Source: Kondoa subrosea (taxonomy: Eukaryota). Taken from it: DNA of 64,000 nt. This document shows, piece after piece, positions 1 to 14,300 of the stretch. The number at the start of each line of letters is the position of its first letter. Position 1 is the first letter of the stretch. Location: contig BCIN01000002.1 in assembly GCA_039545335.1 (NCBI GenBank), positions 2,944,678 through 3,008,677 of the forward strand. Direction: 5' to 3'. The position numbers were made by a program, and so were the translations under genes. A model generated the notes under the pieces. It had not been told where the DNA came from. It did no database searches and saw only the letters and a program-made list of their open reading frames with translations.

Positions 1-425
1 GGAAGAGGCAGAAAGCAGGAACGAATACGAGAGGAAGAGTTGACTGCAGACATGCGGACATTCTCTAGCAAGCGAGCGGAATATCAACGACCGGACATTA
101 ATTGCGAAGGGCAATAACTTGGAATGTTTCTTGACGCGCAAGAAGCCAGGATCTCAAGGGATACAGATACAATCTAGCTGGATCGTAGAAGCAGACCTCG
201 ATGACTTGAGTATCGGTGCAGAGAATTTTTTTTTTACCAGACACTATGCAGCCTAATCATATATCTCGAGTAGATTTCAACTTTGGACGAGCGAGCCAGA
301 TCTTCCTGGTTGCAGCTCGGATAGCAATCCTGAGTCTGAATATGATAGCAGTCCCAGGTATCAGCCAGATGGAAGCAGCAAGGTATACATGGCAGTTGCG
401 GCAGTTGCTGACAAACCCAGAATAA
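1..425 (+). repeat. Inverted repeat copy A (reverse complement of 14453-14869); may extend left of the window
   Basis: Colinear by-eye alignment with the reverse complement of 14453-14869, roughly 85-90% identical with small indels. Copy A has an extra GGCAGTTGC unit and a T-run. Confidence 0.95.
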
Positions 426-574
426 TTTGCGCCGGACGGGTGTGACAAGGGCGGGACAACAAACAGCTCAAGAATAATCAATGAAGAACCATGCATATAT
501 GATAATGATAACAAGGTACAATAGTGGAATGCTATAATATGAATAATGAATGAGATACCGCACAGATGGTGTAT

Positions 575-3500
575 TCACAGAAGAGGACAAAATAGTTTGG
601 CGGGTTTCTTCTCCAACAGATCCTTGTCTACCGCGCTGTACTTTTCAGGACACGCCAATAAACTTTGATCGATGGATTTGGCAAATCGCTCCGCGTATTC
701 TTGAGGATGTAGAACTGTGACTTCTTTCTTTGTTCCGGCCGATTTAAGGATTAGCTTGCCTTTGCTCTCGAAGAACTGGAAGATCAACAGTCAGTGGGAG
801 CATATCTAATGTTCTGGTCACGAGAGACTCACTTTTGCCAAGTCGTAAACGGAAAGAGCATCTATGATGCCAAACGAAAGTCTTTGATGTTCGTCATCTA
901 TTCCCAATAGGAGTGAGTAGCTACGAGCATTTCGTGAGCATTAAATATAATAGATAAAGCATCACTTACTCCATGATGTTGGCCTTAGTCAGAAACTCTA
1001 GATCATTTCTCAGTGCGTCATTGAGTGTAGCTTTTGCATGCAGAGGTATAAGAGCGCGTCTCTTGAAGCCAGTCGCCCAATTAGCGTCGAAATAGGTATC
1101 TTCGTTAGCACAACCATCTTCCTTCGCTTCTCGTGTACTAATGCCTGGCTGGAAGCTAAGCTACAGAACTACAGAAAATGACAGTGCGACTAACCTTTCA
1201 GGTCAAATCTCTTGTTGGCATGCACCGCTAAGCGTTCCATGACCAGAACATCCACGTTTCGCTTGAAAGGACCTTCTCTACACTTTATGGAATACAAGCC
1301 AAAGATCTTTCCAAGGATCGAAGACTTCCTTTTGGACGTGGCTTTGAAGTGATCGAAATAGTCTTTGGCGACGGCTTGAAATGAAGCAAGATCCGAGTTC
1401 TTGAATCGATTATAAGGCAAAAGCTTTAAAACGTATTTCTGATCTTGCGAAAGCAGGAAGGAGGCCGCACTTTTCCCTCCCTTTGCATCGAAACCTTCGC
1501 AATGAGCCAAAGATTCGATAAATTCGTGTTCAGAAATGGAACAGCGTTGCCGCAAATCAGCAAAGTCTTGCGGAAACCAGCAAGTGACTTCATGCTCGAT
1601 TTTGTTTGCAAGGATCTTGACTTTGACATGAAGCATATCCTCAGAAGATGCTGCTGATGATGGCAGACCTTTGATACTACCGAGGCTGAAGAGCGAATTG
1701 AGCGGCGAAAGTAGAGAAGACCCTCGGGAAGCAATGCTAGACATTGTACCGATAGCTGATGTTAAAGGAGTATTTTCGTCGTCTTCTACTTGAAGTGTGT
1801 CCGGCTCAGGCTTGATAGTTCTCTGGGACGCATTTGATATAATCGAAGGATTCGAGAGCATCGATTCGGCCTTAAAATGCGCAGTTCCGTGTGAAATTTC
1901 ACTGCTACCTTTTGGTTCTCGGTCTCGATTAACAGTGGCTCTTGAAATCAGGGCGGGAACCTTGCCTGAAGTCTTTATTGGTGATTTTGGTGTCTTCGTT
2001 TTTTCCTTCGTTTGAACCAGCTCTTCTAAATGGTCATCTTCTTCTGAAGAAGAGGCAGCAGAGACAGAATGAATCGAAGATGGGCGAGAAGTAGGAGTAG
2101 CTTGGCCTGAAGCGATATCGTTTACCGATAGCAGAGAGTCTGCCGATCGTTGTACTCGAAGTCCGGGAAGACTGATGAGCTGTCGAATCGATTTATCGGC
2201 ACGTATACGCGAAGCTGATACTGAGATAGAACCTGCTCCTTCTTCCGCTGACATTCCAGCGAAGCGCAAGAAGCCAGAACCAGATAAGGAGATTGGACTA
2301 GATACAGATCGCATAGATAGGCCACTTAGTCCACCAGACGATGAAGGTGGGAGACCAGACCCAAGCGTAGCTTGTGTTGGCTCCAGGGCATCCGTCTTCT
2401 CTAAAGCTTCGTGAAACACTCGTGAGCTATAACCTTGCCATTAACCATGCCGCAATCATCTGCAGACACAATGCGCACCTGAGAGCGTAAGCGAGATAGG
2501 TAGAAATCTGATCTTCGTATACAATGACGTTTGAGCCAGGTAACGAATGCGACAGAGGATTGACCAGATATGGCGGCTTCACCACTTCCGGCGCAGTAGA
2601 CTCCTTTTCTTGTTTGTTTACTGCATGTGTCGTGATATTTGCACGCACCGAATCCAACTTCTCCAGCAGCAGTCTGGCTTTCTTCGTAAATTCGTTCCGG
2701 CATCTGTGGGTCATGGAAACATCAGTAGGACAGAAGTAGAGGACTTGCGAGGCTTACAGATACAGCTCCCCTTCTGACTGGGCGAGCTGAGCCAAAAGTT
2801 GGGTTTCGTCAAGCTTCGCAACACTTCGCAAATCGACAAAAGACGCGCTGATTCCGTTGAGATCTTGTTTGCCATCCTTCCCTTTCTCCTGCTTGACAGA
2901 GTCTACGAGTCTGCAGGCAGATGAAGCTTGAGATCTGTAAAAAGATTCAGCATCAGGAAAAAATACAAAGGCAGCACGTACCTGAGGTGATCAATGTGTC
3001 TTTGCAGACTGGCGTAAAAGTATTGAATTTCCAGCTTAAGCTTTTCAACAGCCGCTGAAGCAGAAGGTGGAGGGCTCAAGAGCAGGTGAGTCTCGTCCAG
3101 AGTTGCATCTACTGGTTTCGGTAGGCGTATGTCATAAACATCAATATGTTCAATTGTAAAATCGATGACTTGATGCTGGAACAGAAAGCGACGGATAACA
3201 CGGTTTGGGTCTTGCTGCACGTGTTCGCACAGAGAACCTTTCTTGGGGCGCAGTTTAGTATCGTAGATGAGAAGCTCCAGGTACTTCGCTAGCGAGCAGC
3301 TGGCAGCAGGAATGCTCAACACTCGAGGTTGAGTCACTTCAGCACATTGACTGCAAGCATTGTAGGTAAGGATCTGATTTGACGGAGTTTCTAAGGCGAC
3401 TTCAAATTCAGTACATTGCCGTACTTGTATTGAAATACGAGAAGAAGAGTGTGCCAGAGTCGTCGCATGATCCTTGAGTGGCCTTGTACAGCTTTGACAA

Positions 3501-5268
3501 GATTCGTTCTGCTCGTTAACCAACTTCCGAATGGTTTGACCCAGGGGCAAATCATAACTGTCTTCCAGAGGATATTCGATCTTGTCTTCCTTCGAATAAT
3601 CGTAATATCGAATGTACAGCCAATTGGAAGGAAGACAGGGCGGTTCAGAAGGCTTAGCGTATATACTGACTCTTTCGTGCAGGAATTGGATGCTTTGATG
3701 TGCTACTACACCTTGCAATGAATTATTATTTCGCATAAGGGAAGTTAGACCAGCTCGACTATCGACGGTGATTCGAGAAGCTTTCGCGGTCGTGACATGT
3801 TGTGCTGATTCGTTCAAAGCAAGCTGCTCTTCTCGAAGCTTCGCTTCCTGTTCACGCAATCTGACAAGAAGAGTAGGCGGAGTGAAGTGAACGTCAGGGG
3901 AGACGGAGAGCTTGGTTCCTTCTATTCTTTTAATTACTTGATCAAAGCGTTCATGGAACACTTCAGGTGCATCTTCAGTCACTTGCGATACATCAGTCTT
4001 CTGTTCTACTTGTGATGCTACTGGGGACACAACATCGACAGAGTGCCGACTAGGAGCTATGAGTTCCCAATCTTCAGCCATAATTTCCAGCTGCATGCGT
4101 CGCTGTGAGCCAAATTGCCCTCCCATAGAATTCGTACGTAGTCGTGGAGTAAGTAATCTGTTCTTGAAACGATCTCTTTTGCTGCCGGCTAAAGATGGAG
4201 AACTATCGCTAGATGCATCGGACTGCTTACCAACCAGACTTTGCCAAATTGAACTTGACCAAGCTTTCTTCCCCTTCTTATCGCGTGCAGATGTAGGCGG
4301 TGAATCTGTATCTTCTACTGCATCGGCTTTTGACGGCACAGGTGGAGCATCTGTCCTTGTAGCAAGATCAAGCGAATCCGCTTTCTTTGGGCTAAGCGGT
4401 TCCTGTTCGCAGCCAGTATCGCGCAAGAGGTGTGCTTCGAGCTTAAGATGTAGAATGGCAAAGACCTGGTAAATTATATATATAGCGCTATCCTGTATCT
4501 TTAGGTATTTGGCTAACCATCAAAGAAATAATATCGTCAATTGCCGATAGCTCCGAGTTTGGTGCCCAAATGAAACTGCGGAAGATCTTCTATAAAGCTC
4601 ACTTTTGTCTCCAAAGAGCTAGACTTACATTGTACCTCCTTCCGGTTTCAGATTGCTCCAATCCCCTTGCTGTGTTTCTTCGAATAAAGAGGTGCCCTCA
4701 AAGACATTAGGCTGGAACCTCGTCCGGCGAGGTTCGCTAGCATTGGCAGGACTCTTCTTAATGTTGAAAACTAGCCTATGGACTGCTTGAGCGTCTTCAG
4801 TAGAAGCAGAAGCTTTCTCGGGTGTATGAGCTTTATCGTCAGGTGATTGGTCTGCTTTCTTCGCAAACGTTTCCTGCGTAGGTGTCTTTGACAACGATCC
4901 GGAAGTTGGGCCAGCAAATTGAGAATCGCTGAGACGCTCGAAAAGATCGGGCGTCAAGACATCTTCAAGCGGAGCGATGAGAGCATTGAGACAGTCCTGC
5001 TACACTGTGAGCAGATTGTATATGGGCAAGACCAGAAACTTACCGTGAAAGCAGCGGGGTCACGCAAGGTCGAAGCAGCAACCTGACTGAGCAGAGCTTG
5101 CAAGTGAGAGATAGCTTGAGGGGATAGTCGTTGAATGTCAGCAGTGTCCACAGCTACAGGTATCTTGAACTTGTCAAAGGGATTGCGCTTGGGCAAGTCT
5201 GGTAGCGGTTTGACAGCATCATCCTGGCCAGAGGTAGATAGCTTGCTGTCTACAGATACCTCAGACAT
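575..5268 (-). CDS. Fab1/PIKfyve-like phosphatidylinositol-3-phosphate 5-kinase, multi-exon, no FYVE domain seen
   Basis: PIP kinase motifs GGKSAASFLLSQDQKYVLK, RFDLKG, MDYSLLLGID (spliced), GIIDALSVY and the C-terminal VTVLHPQEYAERF. Fab1-type Cys/His-rich region (CQSC..H..H; CSQC..T.PRVLS..SLAKYLEL). Start codon uncertain. Confidence 0.8.
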
Positions 5269-5959
5269 GCTGAAAGTGAGGGTATCAGTCAAAGGGAATC
5301 ATTCATTGGACGCTCGAGTTCAACAGGAGCTTCGAGTCTGTGTCATGGAAACACTGTGCAATGTTGACGACAAGTTCATTTCTACAGCGTAGCATTTCAA
5401 ATTACATGTTTATACTGCTGAGCTAGTGATCTATCGCAACACAATCAGTCGCTGTAACGTGTCTTTCGCAACAAAATGTACCTATAGCATAGAAACGCTG
5501 CATATCAATAGCTGAGTTATGGAGGAAGATACGTGCTCCCGAGGTCTCTAGTACTTGGATGTAAGTGTCTCGTACTCTGACGATCAGAGATAGAACAAAC
5601 TTGGAATTGGAGCTAGTACTGCCCTAGATTTCGCGGAGTGTTTCTTCTTAGTCAGCAGAAGTGAGAGAATCGGTTGAGTTGAACGAAGGCGTAGAACTGC
5701 TTGATCTGGCTGATTCATTCGAGCAGATTCAGGTTCTACTGGTTGCTGAATCGATCGTGGTTTGAATAGAGTTGTTCAAATCGTTGCCATCCTCTATATC
5801 GACAGACCAGCTCGGATCTGCTTGCGGAATTGAGGGTGGAAGTGACAATGATTGCGAATCCAGAATAGATTGAAGTCGCTCTGTTGATCTCTTTCAGATG
5901 CAATTTGGAATCTCTTACATTTGACCTGCGCTTCGCATCCTCTAGAGTTCTTGCAGAAT

Positions 5960-6388
5960 CTAGTAGATGCTTGTGTTAAGCTTCGAAGGAATGAACTGGA
6001 AAGACTGACCATCTATTATTTCCCTATAGAATGACCACAACCGGTCTTTCGGTGAATAATATGTCGCTAAATAAGAGTAGGCGTATGCTGCGAGCTCTGT
6101 TGACTTTTCGAGTTCTTCAAGCCACATCCGTACAGTATCCGCTCTTTGCAACGTCTCTTCCTGACTAGGATTCAACCTTGCCCATCTTGCTCTTGTCTGG
6201 TAGACCAATGCAGTATAAACCAAGTCCACCATATTACCATACAGCTCAACAGATTGGACCTGGACATATACCGTCTCTTGGCTGGCATAATAGTGGAAGG
6301 AGCCATCCTTATGAATGAATCGCTTTACAGTGTTTTTGGGTATGAATGCGTTGGCCAGTTTATCATCTGGATGTATCGCAGGGGTCAT
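5960..6388 (-). CDS. Hypothetical protein (probably continues through an intron toward ~5730)
   Basis: ATG-initiated 142-aa ORF with normal composition in an intergenic position. A GTCAGT donor and CTAG acceptor occur near its end. Confidence 0.4.
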   Translation of the reverse strand: MTPAIHPDDKLANAFIPKNTVKRFIHKDGSFHYYASQETVYVQVQSVELYGNMVDLVYTALVYQTRARWARLNPSQEETLQRADTVRMWLEELEKSTELAAYAYSYLATYYSPKDRLWSFYREIIDGQSFQFIPSKLNTSIY

Positions 6389-6618
6389 CCGTAGTTGACG
6401 TCTCGCATAGGAATTCTACGCTAGCGAATACAAAATCAAGAATGGTTTGGGCAGTCGCGGTTAAAAGAGAAAACAGACTCCATCCAAATCTATGTCATGG
6501 AAACAAACATTGGGCGCGTCAGGATCGTCTCAATTCAAAGTATCACAGTACAGCCCGATCGACAGACTGAACGAGGATATGCAATGCACGCTATGTAACA
6601 TCAAGAAGGAGAGACGGC

Positions 6619-9600
6619 TCAAGCAATGTCCAAAAGACCTGTCCCACCTATCAGCAATCAAGACAAGAAGTAATGGCATGCAGCTGACCTTTCAGCTTGA
6701 TTATAAGAGCCCAATCGGCCTTCTCGACTTCAGGCTTGAAGAATTGCTTGAGGGTATCAATCGAAGTTCGCGAAACCATGCTGACAATCTCATCCTGCAA
6801 CACTGTGAGCCAAGCCGCAGGCATCCTATATGTTAACGTACCTTTTCATCAAAGTGTCGTCCAAACATCTTTCCGTTTTCATATACCGCATGCTCGATTT
6901 TCAGCGCAACACCGGCACCAACTTGAGATTTGGTAATTTTGGTGAAAGTCTTGTGATTGATTTCCATGGAAGTACTACTCAAATATCAATAGGTGCGATC
7001 AGATATAGACTCCAAACTCACATTCTGCCCAGTGAATGGATGACCTTCTTACCCGTTTCCGGGTCCTTCTTAACGACACAGAGCGGCGTCCCTATCCGCA
7101 AACTGCCTTCGATAATCTGTGCACTACGTCAGCATGTTCTCGTAACCAATGCAAGTCGCCTTACATCGACACCAATAACAACTAGAAACCGAAAGTCAGG
7201 CATGTCGCCATACAAGAAGACTGTACTTACTGGGATCTCGCTTAGCAAAGCAAGCCAGAGTCTTCAGCCTGCAAGGCCATACAGCAGAAGGCGCAGCATC
7301 CTTCTGTTTCGCTTCCGTTACGGCCTTGTTATGTGCAGTGAATGCATCGAACAGATGATAGATGATGTCGGCTATAATGAACATCAAAATCATTCTGTAA
7401 AATCAGAGCAACACAGACCTTTGAAAATCTTAATGCCGTATTCGTCAGCCAATTTCTCTGCATCTTTGTCTATTACCACGTCGAAGCATAGGCAGACTGC
7501 AAATTCTGGTGCTCGCTCTAGCATGACCGCTGCTCGCATGATATCTCGCTTGTAGACCGGACCGATATTGATACCGGCGACCTGTGAACACAATCAGCGT
7601 GACTTGAAATGATGCAAGCTATACTTACAGGGATCTTGCTGCTCTTTAGGAAGTCCAGTAGCGCTTCGAGTGCTCCCAAGGTAGAAGCTTGAACCCATAC
7701 ACCTTTGCCGCTTCGATCCACAGATCCAAGCAAACTCTTGAGATCGTTCATGACTTCTTGCTTCAGCTCTTCTTCATCATCATCTTCAGTCAGTACCAGG
7801 AGACGAGATCCAGCAATAGCCTTTTCAAGATCTGGAGCGACAATCTTGATACCTAATGACGCTTTTACTTCTTTGTGATGCACATAAGACCCTTTGACTC
7901 TCATTTCTTTCAAAGGTTGAGGTGTGAGGAGAGCTCGAACTTGAGTCGATATAGCTCCGTTGAGACCACATACTACAATCTTGTCTCCCTCGCGCAGAAT
8001 ACCGTTTGACAAGACGACATCGATAGTTGTACCAAGGCCTTCAATGACTTTGACTTCCAGAACAGTGCATTCCAGCTCAGATAGATACATCAAATTGTTG
8101 GCCATTCGCTCTTGAGTGAGTTTGATGATCAGCATGAGCATATCGGGAATACCTTCTCCGGTAATCGCGGAAGTAGGAACAAGCGAGACTGTTCGACCAA
8201 GGTCTTTGTTGTCATAGTAGGGGGCAGCATTTAGCCCTTGTTCGGCGAATTCAACGATAGTCTTCTTCAGCCGATCCTCAAACTCTGACTTCGCTCCTCG
8301 ATTCTGCTGGGCAAAAGATTCCTTGAAGCCAGCATCAGGCAGAGGTTTCCAACCATACATACGATCGATTTTGTTCAAGGCAACGATGAAAGGTGTCTTT
8401 TTATCTCGCAAAAGTCGAAGAGATTCGAGTGTTTGAGGTTCCAGACCGTGCACGATATCCACTACTAGTATGGCAATATTGCAAAGCGAACTTCCTCTTG
8501 TTCTCAAGTTGGTGAAGGACTCGTGACCTGGAGTATCGATGACAAGAAGACCAGGTAGCTTGTATTCGGGCAGATCATCCTGGAAACAAGAGCTTAGCTT
8601 TGGCTACAAACTAAATTCGTCGTGTTACCTCTTTGAGCACAACAGTCTTCTTCCGGATGTTCTCAATAGGGAAATATGTAGCTCCAATTTGTTGAGTGAT
8701 ACCTCCAGCTTCACCTTCTTGTACATTTGTCTGACGAATCTTATCCAGAAGTTTGGTTTTGCCGGTATCGACGTGACCAAGAATACAGCAAATAGGCGAT
8801 CGAAGATCATTTACATCTCGTGCCGCGATAGCAGCGGCAATTCTCGCCTTTTTCCTTTCTGCCATTTCTGCTTTCTTCTTCTGTTCGAGCAGAACGGCAG
8901 CTGAAATCTTCTCATCTTCGGATGACGAGTCTTCATCACTGTCATCGTCCGAGTCATCTTCATCCGAGTCATCGTCGTCGGACTCGGACTCGGAATCCGA
9001 CTCATCGTCCTCTGAGCTGGATTCTTCCGCTGGAGCAGATCGAGGCTGGGTTCTTCCATTGGTAACAGGTGTAGTGCTTGAACTAGCAGATTTGACGGTT
9101 GGCTTCTGAGCAGACTTAGCTGGAGGTTTCGAAGCAGGCTTAGCGACTTCTTTAGTTGCTGACTTTGGCGCTTCTTTCGGTACGTCTGCTGCTTTAGCTG
9201 TTGAAAGGTCAATTAAGGAACATCTTGTGTAATCCGAGTAAACTTACTCGATGCAGACTTCGCTTCCACTTTGGCTTCCGATTTAGGAACAGATTTGACT
9301 TGAGCTTTCTTGGGTGCTTGCTCTTCTTCGCTCTCAGCATCCCAACTGTCTTTGATCTCGCCATCGGCACTTTCCGCATCCCAATCGTCTTTCTCTGCTT
9401 CATCTTCTGGTACTGTCTCTGCCTCGACGGAATCCTCCACTTTCGCTTCTTCCTCAACTTTGGGTAAAGGTGTCGCTAATTCTTCGTCCAGTGTAGCAGC
9501 ATGTGAGGAAGGTTCTTCGTTGTTGATGAGCAGGTCGATGTCAAGCGATCTCGGTCCAGATTTTTTGGCAGGACCCTTCTTCTTGTTGCCATAAACAACC

Positions 9601-11224
9601 TTTTTTGGTGCCGCCGGCGCGTCTCCATCTGCAGCTTCGAGACCAGCGATCTTGACACCTGATTTTAGAGTAGCTTCTCTTCGTGCGGCAAGTCGAGCTT
9701 CTTCCTTCTTTTGTGCGGCGGTTTTGAAAGTTCCTTGTGCTTTTTGCAATGCCTCTTTGTCCTGTCGAGCCCGGTTGCATGTCAGCTTTCAAGCTAGTCA
9801 GGCGGAAGTCATTCCTACCTTTTGCTTCTGTTTCTTAGCTAATCGAGCAGCTTCTACTTTGGCAGCTTCTTCTTTTTCTCGCTGCTCTTCTTCCTCAATG
9901 CGCCTGAATTTGAGCTGTGAATATCATTGCCTAGCTCACAGCGAAACAACTAACCTCCTTTCGGCTTCTTCGGCTTCACGTTGCGCAGCTTCAGCCGCCT
10001 GCTGTTTCAGGAGAGCTTCCTGTATTTTTCACCAACATCAGATCTCTTTCTCCGTGGAGCAAACAAAGCTTACACGCATGGCTAGAACCTGTTTGCTGAC
10101 TTTGCCTCCCTTTGAAGGAGCTGGTGTTTCTTCCTTCGCTGCTCCAGCTTTCTTCCTGTCAGGAGAAGACATCGAATTTAATCAGCAATAATGCTAATTA
10201 AGCATGCATGCACTGACTTCTTCTTCTTGTTCTTGCTAGCAGTTGTCTCGCCAGCTTCTTCTGCTTCCTCTTCTTCAGCAGGAGGCGCTACAGGTTCAGG
10301 CTGAGCAACCTCTGCTTGTGGGGCTGCAGCTGGCGAATCAGGTTGAGACTTCTTCTTGCTGGCCTTCTCTTTCTCCTGTAATAATCAAACCTTGTAAAGA
10401 AATGTCGTCCAGTAGGTGTACGATGACCTACCTTCTGCCGCTGTTTCTTCAGCTTCTCCTTTTCTTTCTTCGACAAAGGTTTGGCTCCAGCCTCTTCTTG
10501 AGGTTCTTCATCTTCAGCTTGAGCCGCAACAGGTGTTATTGGGCTTTCTTTGACAGCTACTTCGGGCGCAATCCCATTCTCTTTGGAAGGTTCCACATCG
10601 TCTTCATCCTCCTCTTTGACAATCTGCTGCTGCTTCTTTCCACCTTTCTTTCCCTTCTTTCCTTTCTTAGTATCACCTCCAAATTCATCATTTAACCAAT
10701 CATCAGCCGAAACAGCTATAGGCGCCTTATCTTCCGTAACAGGTGACGGTGCGTCCTCGTCATTTTCTTCTAGATCAGCGAAATCGGGCTTCTCCTTCTT
10801 GCCTTTCTTGCTTTTCTTTTCCTTCTTGCTAGAAACAGGTGCACTTGCAGCTTTAGATATAGCTCCCATTAATCCACCGTCATCGTCATCATCGTCAGGT
10901 GCATCATTCCTGCATAAACATAGAATCGATAGAGTCGTATAAATAGAGAGCAGAGAACGAACGAATCTAAAGCTGCGAAAGCGCTGAAACGAGATTTACT
11001 TGGTGCAGCAGTTTCCTCTTCGTCTGATTCGACGGTCATAGCAGGCTTATTGATCACAGGCAGCTGCTCTCCCATTTCATCGCCAGACCTAATAACATTG
11101 GACAGAAATTAGACAAATTGTTTTGTAATGCTGTGATGCCGACGCTGTGCTCTCAATTCAGCTGTGCAACGTACCAGTCATCTTTCTGCTTCTTCCCTTT
11201 CTTTGCGCCTTTCTTCGGTGCCAT
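6619..11224 (-). CDS. FUN12: Eukaryotic translation initiation factor 5B, multi-exon
   Basis: N-terminus [16 protein letters not shown] followed by a K/E-rich region. GTPase motifs [45 protein letters not shown] and TSAITGEG. C-terminus [15 protein letters not shown]. Confidence 0.96.
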
Positions 11225-11373
11225 CTCGAGGTAATAGATGCTTGTCACTAAACGACCTTCGACCGAGCGAGATTTCGCTGAACAGTGGCAATGCTCAATT
11301 TGAGCGGTATCAAGTAGCTATTGTACATTTTATAGTACATTTTATAGTCTTTCGATGGTACTCTGCAAGCTCT

Positions 11374-14300
11374 TCAATGTAGCACTCGGTCTACCCAGAA
11401 ATGAGATTCCGTGACCGACTCAGCCTGAAGGAACTCACCCAGATTGAATGCTGCACTGATCGCAGAAACATGCGTGAAGGCTTGAGGCATGTTTCCGAGC
11501 GCTTCACCACTCTTCGAGATCTCTTCAGCAAACAGTCTGCTTTGTTATCAGCTTCTGACTTTGCGATACGGCAAGTTTCAAACGTACTGAACATGATTGC
11601 CATACTGCAACAGCTCATCAAACATTCTTCGAGCAGTTCTGACCATCGAGCGACCTTCCGAATCTCCTGCACCTCCGTACTGACCAGCTCGAGTTAAAGC
11701 TTCAATGAGCCAGAGAGTGCACATCGAGAAAGCTCCTTCTTCTCCACCTCCATCAATACCATCCTCTGACTTCTTGGGGTCGTAGCGGAACACCAAACTG
11801 TTTGCTGTCAATCCACCCTTTTCCGGAGATTTCATGATTTGTTTCATTGTACTGAGGAAGCGAGGATCGGCTGAAGATGTTGTATCAGTACGATGTAGCA
11901 GGTATAGGGGAAGACATACAAGGCGATATAAAGAATACAAGCGGCATAATGAGAACAGAAGAGTCTAACGCGTCCGATTCGTAGGATTGTTTGTAGTGCT
12001 GCTTTTCTTCAGACCATCCTTTGGTTTGAATCTCTTCGTATATCTGATCCATTGTTTCTATCCATCGGGCACGATGAGGGCAAGGTAAAGATCGTTTCTC
12101 TGCTAGCCGAAGCCCTCTGTTGATGGCAACCCAGCACCTAAGGCCTACATCAGTGCAATTCGTCATTAGTAAGTATTACTCACATGATTTTGGAGTAAAG
12201 GTAACTACAAATCTTCTTAGCATGTTTCAAGGTGAGACACAGTTTACTTACTTTTGTTTGCTTGAGCGCACTTCCCAAATTGACATATCTGGCTGGTCCC
12301 AAGAATCACATACATAGTCGACCAAATTTCGTACATCGAGCCACAGTTCCCTGTCAGCATATCAACTTAGAATTGCCTGGGAGGAATAGAACGAGCTTAC
12401 CAAGATAATGGTTTACTGTATTTCTGATGCAGATAAATAGCATCCATCAATTCTCCGCTGACATCGAGCTGCAAACTGTGACACAAACATGTTCATTTTA
12501 GTCGCTTGATCTGAAAAAGTGAATGGCCGTACTGATCGGCGGCTCCATTGCCACTAAATTCAGACGTTAGCGGATCATCAGATATGTGACAAAACATACA
12601 TTCTGACTGGTTTCGATCCTCGATAACCGGACAAGTGCTTCAGTTCGATTTCTTCGAGGTCAGCACCACCATGAACTAGAAATCATCAGTGCTGATCGAT
12701 AAGACATATGCACGTAGCGCACTAGTATACATGATTTGTAGAGGTTTGCCAACTTCTCGCTCTTTAATGCGTTGTCGCATGAATGCTGTTCAAATATGTA
12801 TCAGAATCTGGATTTTGCGATCTAAAAATCAGCTTGCCCATATAAGCGCTATGACGGAAAATATCAGCAGCTCCTTTGGCTATTGTGCACAAGCTCACTC
12901 TGCCTCCGCTGTGAAGCCTAATCGAATCAAAGCATAGACCGAAAAGGATGCATCCCGAATCCAGCAGAAGCGATAGTCCCATTGGCGAGTTCCACTGCAT
13001 CACGAGTGAACGATAATAGCTATCCAGCGATTATACTCACCCTATCGTTTCGGGCAGAGAAAAGGTAGGAGCAGCAACGATAGCTCTGTGTCAGATGTCA
13101 GCTATTGTGTGACGAGTGGAATATGATCCTACCCAGTGAGTTCGAAGGTAAGTAGCTTGAGAGTTATGGCTTGAAGGAGATTAGTCTGTGCAAATTTACG
13201 CCCAGGCGAGAACTCACCAGAGCGCTGCATGAACTCGCGCCAGCGGCCTTTGTAGGTACTTTGATTGAGCCAGCTATCGTCATATATTTCAATGATGATA
13301 CGCAACGGTAGACCAAAATTCCTTACGTAGTCTGAATCAACAGATCAGCAAATCTTATCTATCTGTCTGCAGAAGATGCACTCACCCAATACTCTCCAGT
13401 ATCGCTCATGATTGTATCTGGATCATCAGCCTGAATTGCTTTCGACTCTTCCTGGTCTTTCAACGGTTCTCTGAGAATGAAAGTAACGACTTGTCCTTCC
13501 TCAATCTCGAATTGCGCTGTCACACCACTCCCCAATCCCGAACCATGTGTATCGTCATCTTCTACGAAAGTTACCTTGACAGGTGAGGCATCTTCATCAC
13601 GATGAGAAATAGCGAGGAGTTCAAGGGTCAGGGATTCCGAAGTGAATGTGACTTTATTTCCCTCGATTCGAGTAGTATGCTTGTCTTGGGCGTAATTGAA
13701 AGCTGGAAAGAGCTCCAGCTTTGTCTTCACATGACCTCGAACAGCTTCAACTCGTCGCATTAACCAAGGATAAACAGCTCGATTGCGCGAAGTAAGAGAT
13801 GGTCGAGGCCGAGGCATATAATCGACTGTGTACAGATTAGTCAAAGCTCACAGACTCGCTCAGAGCATACCAATGTTGATCACACCCTCTGTCGATTATG
13901 TAATCAGCTATAAAGCTCACGACAAAGAGGGAAGCTTACCATTGTGAAGCCACTTGGTTGCTACAATAGCTGTATTAGGTAGATATTGCTGTTTCGGTCT
14001 ATGTAGACACAATTAACAGGGAAAGACAGAAATAGAGCAAGACCGGTGCTCACGTCGCATCAAAAGAGGGTCTAATGGAGAAATAGCCTCCGATATCTTT
14101 ATCAAGGATTCGACAGAAGACAGAAGGAGAATCAAAGTAAGGGTAACAGAAGCTGTCTATTGAACTGTCTCTGCTGACTAGAGCAGCAGTTCGCATGTTG
14201 CCAATCAAGGCATAGCTGTATACGGATAAGAAGCGGATGACTATATATCCAAAGCACTGACTCTTCGATAGGAAGATAGCCAGACAGTCTTGCCTGCTTC

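Noticed and set aside
6830..10942. Long plus-strand ORFs antisense to eIF5B (e.g. 6830-7555, 9652-10191, 10243-10695)
   Set aside because: Shadow ORFs of a K/E-rich coding strand, with Ser/Leu/Phe-biased composition.
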